Positions 28,004 to 37,672 of a stretch of DNA of 64,000 nucleotides are shown here, in pieces. Origin of the DNA: Bacteroides sp. (GTDB lineage Bacteria > Bacteroidota > Bacteroidia > Bacteroidales > Muribaculaceae); assembly GCA_014802045.1 (NCBI GenBank), contig JAAVDA010000021.1, positions 30,301 through 94,300 on the forward strand, in the 5' to 3' direction. Within the stretch, counting starts at the first letter, position 1. Every line of letters begins with the position of its first letter. A model generated the notes under the pieces. That model was not told the origin of the DNA. It saw only the letters and a program-made list of their open reading frames with translations, and searched no databases. The translations under genes were made by a program, and so were the position numbers.

Positions 28004-29319
28004 ACATGCATATGGTATTCCGGCTCATGGCCGCGTTCACCTTGCTCTCGGCTGCTTTGTGGATTGGGCCTGCGCTGAATTTGTGGGAAGCATGGCCTGC
28101 TCTTTGGATCAGGATTATCCTGACCATCACACCTCTCGGGCTGATGATATGGCTCTATCTGAGTCTCATAAGACCGATGTCTACCATATTCACCGGCATG
28201 GAGCTTCTTCGCGCGCAGGATTTTGCCAGCCGGCTCACATCGGTCGGGCAGTTTGATGCCGACAGACTGGTAGAGATGTTCAACGGCATGATGGACCGTC
28301 TTAAGAGTGAACGCCTTAGAGTGAAAGAGCAGAATCATTTTCTTCATCTTCTCATTGAGGCATCGCCTCTCGGCATCGCCATACTCGATTTTGACGGACG
28401 CATATCAGAGTGTAATTCGGCTATGCTCGAATTTCTCAGTGTGCCAGGCATTGATATGGTCAAGGGATTGTATTTTGATGAGGTGGAGGGTGATATAGCT
28501 GCCGAGATAGCGAAGGTGCCTGACGGAAGCACTATGACGGTGCGTCTCAGCGACACGAAAGTGATAAGATGCTCGCGCCTTTCGTTCATGGAGTCAGGGT
28601 TCCATAGGCCGTTTATAATCGTCGAAGGGCTCACAGACGAAGTGATGAAGGCTGAAAAAGCCGCCTACGGCAAGGTTATCAGACTCATAGCTCATGAGGT
28701 GAATAACACGATGGCCGGAGTCAACTCTCTTCTGCAGACTCTCTCTGATGTGCTTGAGGATAGTGTGGCCGACCCCGACATAATGGCTGCGCTCGAAAGC
28801 TGCCGTGAGCGCTGCGACAGTCTCGGCCGTTTCATCACCTCCTATGCCAATGTAGTGAAGATTCCCGACCTCGTGCTGCGTCCTGTTGATCTCAATTCAC
28901 TGCTCACCTCCGTGTTCCCCTTTCTTGAGTCGATGGTGGCCGGTAGAGTGAAGCTCAGCCTTCTCACCGCTATCGAGCCGGTGGTGGTCGATGCCGATCC
29001 GGTACTTTTGGAACAGGTGTTGGTCAATGTGGTGAAAAATGCAGTGGAAAGCATCGGCGATAAGCCTGATGGTGAGATTCGGGTCTCCGTACTTCCGGCG
29101 TTCAACGGCATAGAGATTGCCGACAATGGCCCGGGAATATCTTCTGAGGCTGCCGGCAAACTTTTCTCTCCATTTTTTTCAACTAAGCGTGGCGGTCAGG
29201 GACTTGGCCTGATGTTTGTGAGCGAAATCCTGCATCGTCATGACTGCCGGTTTTCGCTGCGCACCGACCGCGAAGCCGATCATCTCACACGCTTCAGGAT
29301 TTCCTTTCCAGTCGAGTAA
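28000..29319 (+). CDS. PAS/HAMP sensor histidine kinase
   Basis: IAHEVNN H-box, NVVKNAVE N-box, DNGPGI, FFSTK, GLGL. Confidence 0.93.
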   Translation: MNMHMVFRLMAAFTLLSAALWIGPALNLWEAWPALWIRIILTITPLGLMIWLYLSLIRPMSTIFTGMELLRAQDFASRLTSVGQFDADRLVEMFNGMMDRLKSERLRVKEQNHFLHLLIEASPLGIAILDFDGRISECNSAMLEFLSVPGIDMVKGLYFDEVEGDIAAEIAKVPDGSTMTVRLSDTKVIRCSRLSFMESGFHRPFIIVEGLTDEVMKAEKAAYGKVIRLIAHEVNNTMAGVNSLLQTLSDVLEDSVADPDIMAALESCRERCDSLGRFITSYANVVKIPDLVLRPVDLNSLLTSVFPFLESMVAGRVKLSLLTAIEPVVVDADPVLLEQVLVNVVKNAVESIGDKPDGEIRVSVLPAFNGIEIADNGPGISSEAAGKLFSPFFSTKRGGQGLGLMFVSEILHRHDCRFSLRTDREADHLTRFRISFPVE

Positions 29320-29803
29320 ACCGATAGGAGAGCCCCGAAGTTTCGTCGGTCTGCGGTTCGGAGGCCTCGGCAAGAGTCCATTGCGGCCCGATTTCAGGGA
29401 AGAAGGTGTCGGCATCGGGCAGTGTGGCGTCTATCTCGGTGATATATAGAGTGTCGGCGAGTGGCATCGCCTCCTCATAAATCATTCCTCCGCCAATAAT
29501 CATTGCTTCTTCAACTCCACCAGTGAGACGTAGCGCTTCCTCCAGCGACCCAGCTGTCTCCGCGCCGATGGGGGAGTAGGCTGCATTGCGCGTTATCACA
29601 ATATTCCGTCTGCCGGGCAGAGCGCCGTTGGGCAGCGATTCAAAAGTCTTACGGCCCATTATTACAGGACGACCCATTGTGATTCGCTTGAAGTTGCGCA
29701 GGTCGGCTCTGATATGAAAGGCAAGGTCGCCATTGCGACCTATCGCACGGTCGCTTCCCGTGGCCACTATGATGCTTATTTTTTCTGGGCGTGCGGAAAT
29801 CAT
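29294..29803 (-). CDS. folA: Dihydrofolate reductase
   Basis: [33 protein letters not shown]. Confidence 0.95.
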   Translation of the reverse strand: MISARPEKISIIVATGSDRAIGRNGDLAFHIRADLRNFKRITMGRPVIMGRKTFESLPNGALPGRRNIVITRNAAYSPIGAETAGSLEEALRLTGGVEEAMIIGGGMIYEEAMPLADTLYITEIDATLPDADTFFPEIGPQWTLAEASEPQTDETSGLSYRFTRLERKS

Positions 29804-30594
29804 ACGGCTACTGTGGCTTTTATGTGGGCATGCGGATTATAGTCTTCGAGATGGAAATCTGAATACTGGAAATCAAAAATATCCTTCACTTCCGGATTTA
29901 TCACCATGCGTGGCAGCGGGCGTGGCTCGCGCGATAGCTGTTCGCTCACCTGATCCATGTGGTTGGAATAAATATGTGCGTCGCCGAGCGTATGCACGAA
30001 GTCACCCGCCTTGAGCCCGGTCACCTGAGCAGTCATCATAAGAAGCAGCGCATATGAAGCGATGTTGAACGGCACACCCAGAAAACAGTCCGCGCTACGC
30101 TGATAAAGCTGTAGGCTCAGACGCCCGTCGGCCACATAAAACTGAAAGAACGCATGGCAGGGAGGGAGCTTCATTCCCGGAAGATCAGCCACATTCCAGG
30201 CGCTCACGATTATGCGGCGCGAGTCGGGATTAGTCTTGATTGTGTGGATAGCTTCGGCAATCTGGTCGATATATCCTCCGTTGTAATCCGGCCAACTGCG
30301 CCACTGATAGCCGTAGATGTGACCCAGATCGCCGTTTTCGTCGGCCCATTCGTTCCAGATTCTCACGCCGTTCTCCTGAAGATACTTCACATTCGTATCA
30401 CCCTTAAGAAACCACAGCAACTCATGGATGATAGACTTGAGGTGGAGCTTCTTGGTTGTGAGCAACGGAAATCCCTCTTCAAGGTTGAAGCGCATCTGGT
30501 AGCCGAATATGCTCCGTGTGCCGGTGCCGGTTCGGTCATGTTTGTCTGTCCCGTGGTCTATCACGGTGCGCAGCAGGTCAAGATATTGTTTCAT
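29800..30594 (-). CDS. thyA: Thymidylate synthase
   Basis: [29 protein letters not shown]. Confidence 0.98.
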   Translation of the reverse strand: MKQYLDLLRTVIDHGTDKHDRTGTGTRSIFGYQMRFNLEEGFPLLTTKKLHLKSIIHELLWFLKGDTNVKYLQENGVRIWNEWADENGDLGHIYGYQWRSWPDYNGGYIDQIAEAIHTIKTNPDSRRIIVSAWNVADLPGMKLPPCHAFFQFYVADGRLSLQLYQRSADCFLGVPFNIASYALLLMMTAQVTGLKAGDFVHTLGDAHIYSNHMDQVSEQLSREPRPLPRMVINPEVKDIFDFQYSDFHLEDYNPHAHIKATVAV

Positions 30595-31513
30595 CGTTCT
30601 TTTGTATTTCTTCAGTTGTGGTCAGCTCGGTCACGGCCGTGCTCCGCCCCGTCGACAAACCTTTCACACTCTGCATCATCGGGATGGAGAGCTGTTTTCT
30701 TCTTGCAGTGTAGTGGATAGCATTGTCGCGACACGCTTCCAGACAGTCGAAACAGTTCACGCATCTGCTTCCATCCACCACATGGTCAGTCAAATCTATA
30801 CACTCGGCTTTGCAAACATCCACACACCGGCGGCATTGAGTGCAGCGGTCGGTGTCTATGTCTATCTGCATTATGGCATATCGGCTTATGAAGCCGAGAG
30901 TGGTGCCGACAGGGCATAAAGTGTTGCACACGATGCGCCCTCTTCTCACGGCAGCCCACCCTACAGCCCCTACCGACAAGAGTGCCACAGCCGTAGCGGC
31001 CAGAGTGCCGGTGATTACTCTTACTGCGGCCGTGTCCCACGGAGAAAGCGAGGCCGCACCGGAATGGGTGAGCGGAGCCACACACAAACGGCAGAATCTC
31101 ACCCACACCGCATAGGGGTCGGCAAGCATCGGTATGGCGATATAGCCGCTCATAAGACATGAGAGCACAATTAGAAGCGCCAGATAGCGCACACTATTGT
31201 TAGGTCGACGGAATCTATAGCGGCGGCGGTCAGCCAGACGGGGGGTGGCGCGCACCGCTTTTGCCGCTAAATCTTGCAAAGTGCCGAGCGGACACACAGA
31301 TGAGCAGTAGATTCGGCCGAAAATAAGGGTGATTATGAGCCAGCACACAAACACCACGAGCGCCTCGGTCATTACAGCCTGCATAAACTGCACTTTTTCA
31401 AGCCATTCTGCCAGATATGGCACCATAAGTTGTGCGGAAACAAGCCCGGCGGTGACAATCAGGAAGATTGCCACCGACACTAAGCGCCGTGTTGTTACAA
31501 GAAGCCGGTTCAT
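30578..31513 (-). CDS. Membrane 4Fe-4S binding protein (NapH/MauN-like)
   Basis: [42 protein letters not shown]. Confidence 0.88.
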   Translation of the reverse strand: MNRLLVTTRRLVSVAIFLIVTAGLVSAQLMVPYLAEWLEKVQFMQAVMTEALVVFVCWLIITLIFGRIYCSSVCPLGTLQDLAAKAVRATPRLADRRRYRFRRPNNSVRYLALLIVLSCLMSGYIAIPMLADPYAVWVRFCRLCVAPLTHSGAASLSPWDTAAVRVITGTLAATAVALLSVGAVGWAAVRRGRIVCNTLCPVGTTLGFISRYAIMQIDIDTDRCTQCRRCVDVCKAECIDLTDHVVDGSRCVNCFDCLEACRDNAIHYTARRKQLSIPMMQSVKGLSTGRSTAVTELTTTEEIQKNDETIS

Positions 31514-31688
31514 GCACCGCAAAGTTACATAAAAAACCGCGATTTCCCCACACATCCCTGTCGCATTCCCCCGCGTTGAGCATGTGAGGTGTAATAGTGT
31601 GTGGTTGTTGAGCTAAGTAGAGCGCCGTAAGTGCGAGTGATGTGCATGAGCGCGTCGGTGTAAAATAGCGTGTGTGTTGAGCGTAGTA

Positions 31689-31917
31689 GAGCGCCGTGGG
31701 CGCGCGATATTGTAGGCCCGGGTGAGGGAGACGCGGAGCGTCGACCGTGACCCGAGTATAAATGGCAAAACAAATTACGACCCCGTAGGTGGTCGGATAA
31801 TGTGATGTGCGACCGCCTCCGGGGTCGAATCCCAGGGGAGGCGTCTTGTACCCGGGTCACGTCGCACCCTGCGGCGCTCCTCACCCAGGCCTACCATCTC
31901 ACGCGCCGCTGGCGCTC
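31689..31917. repeat. REP/REPIN-like long imperfect inverted repeat (copy 2)
   Basis: Arm GAGCGCC...TAGGCCCGGGTGAGG...CGTGACCCGAGTA mirrored by TACCCGGGTCACG...CCTCACCCAGGCCTA...GGCGCTC; inner CGACCCCG/CGGGGTCG hairpins. Confidence 0.75.
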
Positions 31918-32068
31918 CATCCTTCGTGGGCCAAATTCACCCGCTCACCGTGGGTCTACCTTTCTCGTGCACATCCCCGCCAGGGCTTCATCGCTCATGG
32001 GCGATACCCTATCCAACTTATTACCGCGACTTGTTGTTATCTCGATATAAACATAAAATGCTTCGAAA

Positions 32069-32329
32069 ATGGACTTTATAACTGAATCAAACCGTATCTA
32101 CACTACCGATTCTTCCGGCAGGCTTCTGGCAGAGGTGACATTTACTAACGATAACGGGGTTTCAATTATCGATCATACTTTTGTGGACGACTCTCTGCGG
32201 GGGCAGGGAATTGCCGGAAAACTGGTGAAACTTGCAGCAGACAAGATTTTGTCGGATGGCAATAGAATTGCAGCTACGTGTTCGTATGCTGCGGGATGGT
32301 TTGAGAAGCACCCCGAATATAGAGTATAG
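32069..32329 (+). CDS. Small GNAT-family (YjdJ-like) acetyltransferase
   Basis: IDHTFVDDSLRGQGIAGKLV, ATCSYAAGWFEKHPEY. Confidence 0.9.
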   Translation: MDFITESNRIYTTDSSGRLLAEVTFTNDNGVSIIDHTFVDDSLRGQGIAGKLVKLAADKILSDGNRIAATCSYAAGWFEKHPEYRV

Positions 32330-32339
32330 GCGTGTCTGA

Positions 32340-32382
32340 AAAAAACGGAAGTGGCCACCCCGGTGAAGGGTAGCCACTTCAC
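32340..32382. terminator. Terminator between convergent genes
   Basis: GAAGTGGCCACCC...GGGTAGCCACTTC preceded by an A-run. Confidence 0.65.
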
Positions 32383-32400
32383 GCTAAGTGGTTTCGGTTG

Positions 32401-33717
32401 TCAGTCGGCACTCGTTCGGATGCGGCGTGCGGTTGAGAAACCGTAGATGGTCACGACGATAAAGCAGATGAGTGGTAGCATAAACGATGCGTTGACGGCC
32501 GGCATTATTCCGACGGTGCCCAAATCGATTATCATTCCCTGCAGGGGGGGCATCAAAGCTCCACCCACTATGGCCATGACCAGAAATGCAGCTCCGATAG
32601 AGGTGTCGCGTTCGTCGACCTCTTCGAGAGCTATGCCATAGATGCTCGGAAACATTATTGACATGAATGCGCTGATAGCCACAAGGCAGTAGAGTCCTGC
32701 AATCGAGGTGAAGAAGATTGCTCCAACTGTGCCCATAGTGGCTCCAATGCCGAATATGGCGAGAAGGCGCGGAGCACCGGTATATTTCATCAGATAGGTG
32801 CCTATAAAGCGGCAGCATAGGAACATGCACATCGCGAGGATGTTATAGTTCTGTGCAGTGGCTTTGTTGATGCCGAGACGGTCGGCATACTGGATGATAA
32901 ATGTCCACACCATAATCTGGGCGGCCACATAAAACATCTGGGTCAGCACTCCAAACGCATATTCTTTATTGGCTATGAGACGGTGCATGGTCTCTCTGAC
33001 GGTGACTTTCGGACCGGAATGATCCGTGCGGGGCATCTTGGTGAGGGCGATTACCACAAACATTATCAGCACAACAAGTCCGATGGCCACATATGGGTCG
33101 CGAATCACGGCGAGGTCATGCACTCTGATTTCGGCCTTCTCGGCGGCATCGAGCGAGCCGAATATGATTGCTCCCGAGGCATCACGGGTGTCGGAAATAA
33201 GCTGCGGAAGCACGATAAGAGATGCTACAGCCATGCCCGACAGCGACCCAATGGGGTTGAAGGCCTGGGCGAAATTCAGGCGACGTGTGGCTGTAGACTT
33301 CGCTCCGAGCGAGAGGATAAACGGGTTGGCTGTGGTTTCCAGAAATGCCAGGCCGAATGTGAGGATATAGAGCGAAAGGCAGAAAAATGAGAATTGCTGA
33401 TAGGAGGCTGCGGGGATAAACAGGAATGCACCGAGAGCATAGAGGGCGAGTCCGAGCAATATACCGCTTTTGTAGCTGAACCGCCGGATGAATAGCGCGG
33501 CCGGAAGAGCCATTGTGGCATAACCGCCGTAGAAAGCAAACTGCACCATCGATGCTTTGGTGGCCGACAGCTCCATGACGGTCTGGAAGGCGGCCACCAT
33601 GGGGTTGGTGATATCATTGGCAAATCCCCACAGGGCGAAAAGCGCTGTGATCAGGATGAATGGCACAAGATATTTCTTGCTTACTATGGGCATTTTATCT
33701 GCCTTTGCATTAGTCAT
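32401..33717 (-). CDS. fucP: L-fucose:H+ symporter
   Basis: LFALWGFANDITNP, QFAFYGGY, FLETTANP, RRLNFAQAFNP. Confidence 0.92.
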   Translation of the reverse strand: MTNAKADKMPIVSKKYLVPFILITALFALWGFANDITNPMVAAFQTVMELSATKASMVQFAFYGGYATMALPAALFIRRFSYKSGILLGLALYALGAFLFIPAASYQQFSFFCLSLYILTFGLAFLETTANPFILSLGAKSTATRRLNFAQAFNPIGSLSGMAVASLIVLPQLISDTRDASGAIIFGSLDAAEKAEIRVHDLAVIRDPYVAIGLVVLIMFVVIALTKMPRTDHSGPKVTVRETMHRLIANKEYAFGVLTQMFYVAAQIMVWTFIIQYADRLGINKATAQNYNILAMCMFLCCRFIGTYLMKYTGAPRLLAIFGIGATMGTVGAIFFTSIAGLYCLVAISAFMSIMFPSIYGIALEEVDERDTSIGAAFLVMAIVGGALMPPLQGMIIDLGTVGIMPAVNASFMLPLICFIVVTIYGFSTARRIRTSAD

Positions 33718-33741
33718 GGTATCAGTAGGGTTTTAGGGTGA

Positions 33742-35148
33742 TTATTTTTCAATTACAGATGTGATTTCACTCTTTGAGCTGATGGTTCCGTCGGCCAGAG
33801 CCTGAGTGAGAATATTCCCGATGGCAGTAGCCTCGGCCGGGCCGGCTATCACTTCGAGGCCGGTTGCTTCTGCAGTCAGCCGGTTGAGGAGTTTATTGTT
33901 TGAGCCGCCGCCGATTATGCGTAGTTTCTCAACCGGATGGGGCAGGAGAGTGTTGAGCTGGTCTACGGCGCGCTTGTAGCGTGCGGCGAGCGACCGGCAG
34001 ACGCATCTCATGTATTCTCCCTGGGTGCGCGGTGGAGTGAGACCGGCTTCGGTGCAGTAGCGGGTGATTGTTCCGGCCATACCTTCCGGCTTCTGGAAGC
34101 ATGGATGATCCACATCTATCAGGGCTGTATCAGCAGCCTCTTCGGCCATGGCGGTGAGTCGGGAGTAGTCTGTTTCCAGTCCCTCCCTGTGCCATTCGTC
34201 CACAAGGCGCTGGAGTATCCAGAGGCCGGTGATGTTTTGCAGGAAATTTATCGTGCCCCCTACGCCACCCTCATTGGTGAAGTCGGCTTTGCTGGCTTCT
34301 TCGGTTAGAATAGGCTCAGTAAGCTCAACCCCGAAGAGCGACCATGTGCCGGAGCTCAGGAAGGCCGACCGATCGGTCGAATAGTTGCCTCCGCAGGCAA
34401 ACACAGCGCTCTGGGTGTCATGCGAACCGACGGCCACAACCTTCACACTTTCGGGTAGTCCCGTCTGCTCCGCCACATGTGGCAGCAGAGTGCCACGCAC
34501 TGTGCCGGGCATCACTATCGGGCCGAATATCTTCTCAGGAAGTCCGAGTTCGGCTATCAGGCGACGGTTCCAGTCGCGTGTACGGGCATCGAGAAGTTCG
34601 GAGGTTGAGGCAATGGTATATTCATTGTTGGCCACACCGGTCAGATAGTAGCTGAAAAGGTCTGGCATGAAGAGCAGATGGTGGGCTATATAGAGCTTCG
34701 GATCATTAGCTTTCTTCATGGCCAGCAGCCGGAATAGAGTGTTGATAGACAACACCTGGATGCCGGCTTCGGCATAATGGGCGGTAGGGTCAACTGTGGC
34801 AAAAAACTCTTCGGGCATATGGTCGGTATGCGTGTCGCGGTAGCACACCGGGTTTCCGGTGAGCATCCCGAGGGAGTCTATGAGTCCGAAATCCACCCCC
34901 CATGTGTCTATGCCCACAGACACGATATCATATCCCTTGCGGGCGGCTCTGTGGAGTCCCTCGATCATATCTGCATATAGAGCCGGGAAATCCCAATGGA
35001 GATAGTCGCCCAGGCGCACCTGCCGGTTGGAGAAGCGATACACCTCCTCCATTTCGAGTGTGACGCCGTCGGCACCCCGGCGGAGAGTGCCGGCGATAAT
35101 GCGCCCGCTCCCTCCGCCGAAGTCGGCGGCAAGATATGTTTTGCTCAT
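33742..35148 (-). CDS. fucK: Fuculokinase/rhamnulokinase (FGGY family)
   Basis: DFGGGSGR, GIDTWGVDF, GSHDT, SSGTWSL, GPAEATAIGN; fucose operon context. Confidence 0.85.
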   Translation of the reverse strand: MSKTYLAADFGGGSGRIIAGTLRRGADGVTLEMEEVYRFSNRQVRLGDYLHWDFPALYADMIEGLHRAARKGYDIVSVGIDTWGVDFGLIDSLGMLTGNPVCYRDTHTDHMPEEFFATVDPTAHYAEAGIQVLSINTLFRLLAMKKANDPKLYIAHHLLFMPDLFSYYLTGVANNEYTIASTSELLDARTRDWNRRLIAELGLPEKIFGPIVMPGTVRGTLLPHVAEQTGLPESVKVVAVGSHDTQSAVFACGGNYSTDRSAFLSSGTWSLFGVELTEPILTEEASKADFTNEGGVGGTINFLQNITGLWILQRLVDEWHREGLETDYSRLTAMAEEAADTALIDVDHPCFQKPEGMAGTITRYCTEAGLTPPRTQGEYMRCVCRSLAARYKRAVDQLNTLLPHPVEKLRIIGGGSNNKLLNRLTAEATGLEVIAGPAEATAIGNILTQALADGTISSKSEITSVIEK

Positions 35149-35786
35149 TTTGTGATTTTTCCGAGGATATATTGGTCAAGATCGGCAATCTCGGCGGTGG
35201 TGAGAGGATCCACATTTTCGCCGTTGAGCACGGCTATGCGGCAAGCCATCTCAAAAAACATCGCACGTTCGAATGCCTGATTGAAATCCTTGCCACACAC
35301 CACCTGGCCATGCTTGAGCAGCATCACGGAGTCGTGGTCTTTCATGGCTTCCACCACATGAGCCGCCAGTTCGGGCGATCCGGGCCGGAAATAAGGAATC
35401 ATCGGTATCTCGCGTCCTACATGGATGGGACATTCGGCGGTGAAGTTGAAATCCGAGGGACGCTCCTTGCGGCATGCGATAGCTGTGGCATAGGGCGATT
35501 GGAAATGGAGCACACACCCCACATCTTCGCGCTCACGCATCACCCCCATATGGAAAACGCTTTCCATGGAAGGCTTCACGCCATTGAGCACTTCGCCGGT
35601 GGCCAGACGGCACACCGACACTTTGTCGGGGGTGAGGTCGGGCACCCATGAGCCGGTGCCTGAGATGAGCACTTCGTCGCCCACACGCACCGACAGATTG
35701 CCGCTACTGCACACTGTGAGCCCGGCATTGCCAACTCTGTGGGCATAGCCCACGAAACGGTCTATCTGTTCCTGAGTGATATTCAT
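35145..35786 (-). CDS. fucA: Fuculose-1-phosphate aldolase (class II)
   Basis: SSGNLS, KPSMESVFH, VLHFQS, LLKHGQV; operon context. Confidence 0.85.
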   Translation of the reverse strand: MNITQEQIDRFVGYAHRVGNAGLTVCSSGNLSVRVGDEVLISGTGSWVPDLTPDKVSVCRLATGEVLNGVKPSMESVFHMGVMREREDVGCVLHFQSPYATAIACRKERPSDFNFTAECPIHVGREIPMIPYFRPGSPELAAHVVEAMKDHDSVMLLKHGQVVCGKDFNQAFERAMFFEMACRIAVLNGENVDPLTTAEIADLDQYILGKITK

Positions 35787-35795
35787 AGCGGATTA

Positions 35796-37574
35796 TTATT
35801 TGTAGATGGGGCCATAGTTCTTGCAAGCCCTGTAGTCAGAGCCTTCCTTATCCATACCGAAAGCGTTCCATGCCGACGGGCGGAAGATGTCGGCATCGGC
35901 CACATTGTGCATGCACACCGGAATGCGGAGAATCGAGGCCAGAGTGATGAGGTCGGCGCCGATATGACCGTAAGAGATGGCTCCGTGGTTGGCGCCCCAG
36001 CAGTTCATCACCGAATAGACATCCTTGAATGCCTCGCGGTCGGGGCAGAGACGGGGCACGAACCATGTGGTGGGCCAGGTCGGGTCGGTGCGCATATCGA
36101 GCACTTTGTTGATTTCGGGGTCAAGCTCCACAGTCCAGCCTTCAGCTATTTGAAGCACCGGGCCGAGGCCTTTCACGAGGTTGAGGCGCGACATGGTCAC
36201 AGGCATACCTCCTTTGGTGAGGAAGTTGCTTGAGAAGCCCCCTCCGCGGAAATAGTCGCGATCGGCAGGATACCATGTGGTGGCTGCAAGGCATGCGTCC
36301 ATATCTTCCTGAGTCATCTCCCACGAGGGTTTCATGCAGGGTTCGCCCTCGGCGTTGGTGCTTGCGCCGGTGGCGTCGAGAGTGGTGGCGCCGGAGTTGA
36401 TGAGGTGGATGATGCCGTCTTTCGCACGTCCGGTGAGTTCCTTGCCGGTCACACGCTTCACAGCCTCGGGGCTCCAGTAGGTGCGCACGTCAGAGAACAT
36501 CTGGCCGCAGCCCGTGAGCAGGTGGCCGAAGAGCATGGCCACGCCGTTGCAGGCATCGTTCTCGGTTGCGAGCACGAAAGCCTCGCGGATACCGTTCCAG
36601 TCAAACGAAGTGTTCATCAGCGCCTCCGTATAGTCACCGTTGGGTTTCCAGTCGGTCCACTGGCGCTGTCCCTGGAAGCCGCCTGCTATGGCGTTGTGAC
36701 CCAGAGCCTCTTCCTTGAATCCCATCTCTTTCAGACGGGGATTGCCCTTCATGAGGTCGCGCACGATGAGAGTCATCTTCACGATAAATTCCCAGTCGGC
36801 GTCTTTCTGCTCGCGTGTTTTCTTCTTTTCCGGACGGTTCTTGAAGTCTTCGCCTTCGTTCACCTTGCAGTATTTCTCTGTCCAGGCCATAGCCTTCTCA
36901 TATTCCTCATGATCATAGATACCCTCATCCATGCGGCGGAGAATTTCGGTCTCGTCTACGCTCTCATTGCGCATGCCCAGATATTCCTGAAAGAAATTCG
37001 GGTCTACGATAGATCCGGCTATGCCCATACACATACTGCCGATCGAGAGATAGCTCTTGCCGCGCATTGTGGCGACAGCCATGGCTGAGCGTGCAAAACG
37101 CAGTATTTTTTCTGCTACATCGGCCGGGATTGTATTGTCGTCGAGATCCTGCACATCATGGCCATAGATGCCGAATGCGGGCAGCCCCTTCTGGGCATGT
37201 CCGGCGAGGACTGCTGCGAGATAGACGGCTCCGGGGCGCTCGGTACCGTTGAAGCCCCACACCGCTTTCGGCCAGTAGGGATTCATATCCATGGTTTCAG
37301 CGCCGTAACACCAGCAGGAGGTCACGGTGATGGTGGCTCCCACACCTTCGCGCTCAAATTTTTCGGCGCAGGCAGCGGTCTCGGCCACACGGCCGATAGT
37401 GCCGTCGGCTATCACGCACTCCACCGGCGAACCGTCGCCATTGCGAAGATTCGACGAAATGAGTTCGGCCACTGCTTTGGCGAGATTCATGGTCTTCTCT
37501 TCAAGACTCTCGCGCACGCCGCCCTGACGACCGTCGATGGTGGGGCGGATACCTATTTTGGGATATTTGCTCAT
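35796..37574 (-). CDS. fucI: L-fucose (D-arabinose) isomerase
   Basis: [39 protein letters not shown]. Confidence 0.96.
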   Translation of the reverse strand: MSKYPKIGIRPTIDGRQGGVRESLEEKTMNLAKAVAELISSNLRNGDGSPVECVIADGTIGRVAETAACAEKFEREGVGATITVTSCWCYGAETMDMNPYWPKAVWGFNGTERPGAVYLAAVLAGHAQKGLPAFGIYGHDVQDLDDNTIPADVAEKILRFARSAMAVATMRGKSYLSIGSMCMGIAGSIVDPNFFQEYLGMRNESVDETEILRRMDEGIYDHEEYEKAMAWTEKYCKVNEGEDFKNRPEKKKTREQKDADWEFIVKMTLIVRDLMKGNPRLKEMGFKEEALGHNAIAGGFQGQRQWTDWKPNGDYTEALMNTSFDWNGIREAFVLATENDACNGVAMLFGHLLTGCGQMFSDVRTYWSPEAVKRVTGKELTGRAKDGIIHLINSGATTLDATGASTNAEGEPCMKPSWEMTQEDMDACLAATTWYPADRDYFRGGGFSSNFLTKGGMPVTMSRLNLVKGLGPVLQIAEGWTVELDPEINKVLDMRTDPTWPTTWFVPRLCPDREAFKDVYSVMNCWGANHGAISYGHIGADLITLASILRIPVCMHNVADADIFRPSAWNAFGMDKEGSDYRACKNYGPIYK

Positions 37575-37672
37575 AATGCTTATACAGTAATTGCTATATT
37601 GTTAGATGTTTTTTCAATTCTCTTATCGGTTTGTATAGGTGTGCCGCTTGCGCAGCCGGACAACGGCGATTC

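Noticed and set aside
31525-32085. Short ORFs in the 4Fe-4S/GNAT intergenic region
   Set aside because: They run across the REPIN-like repeat and show no protein features.
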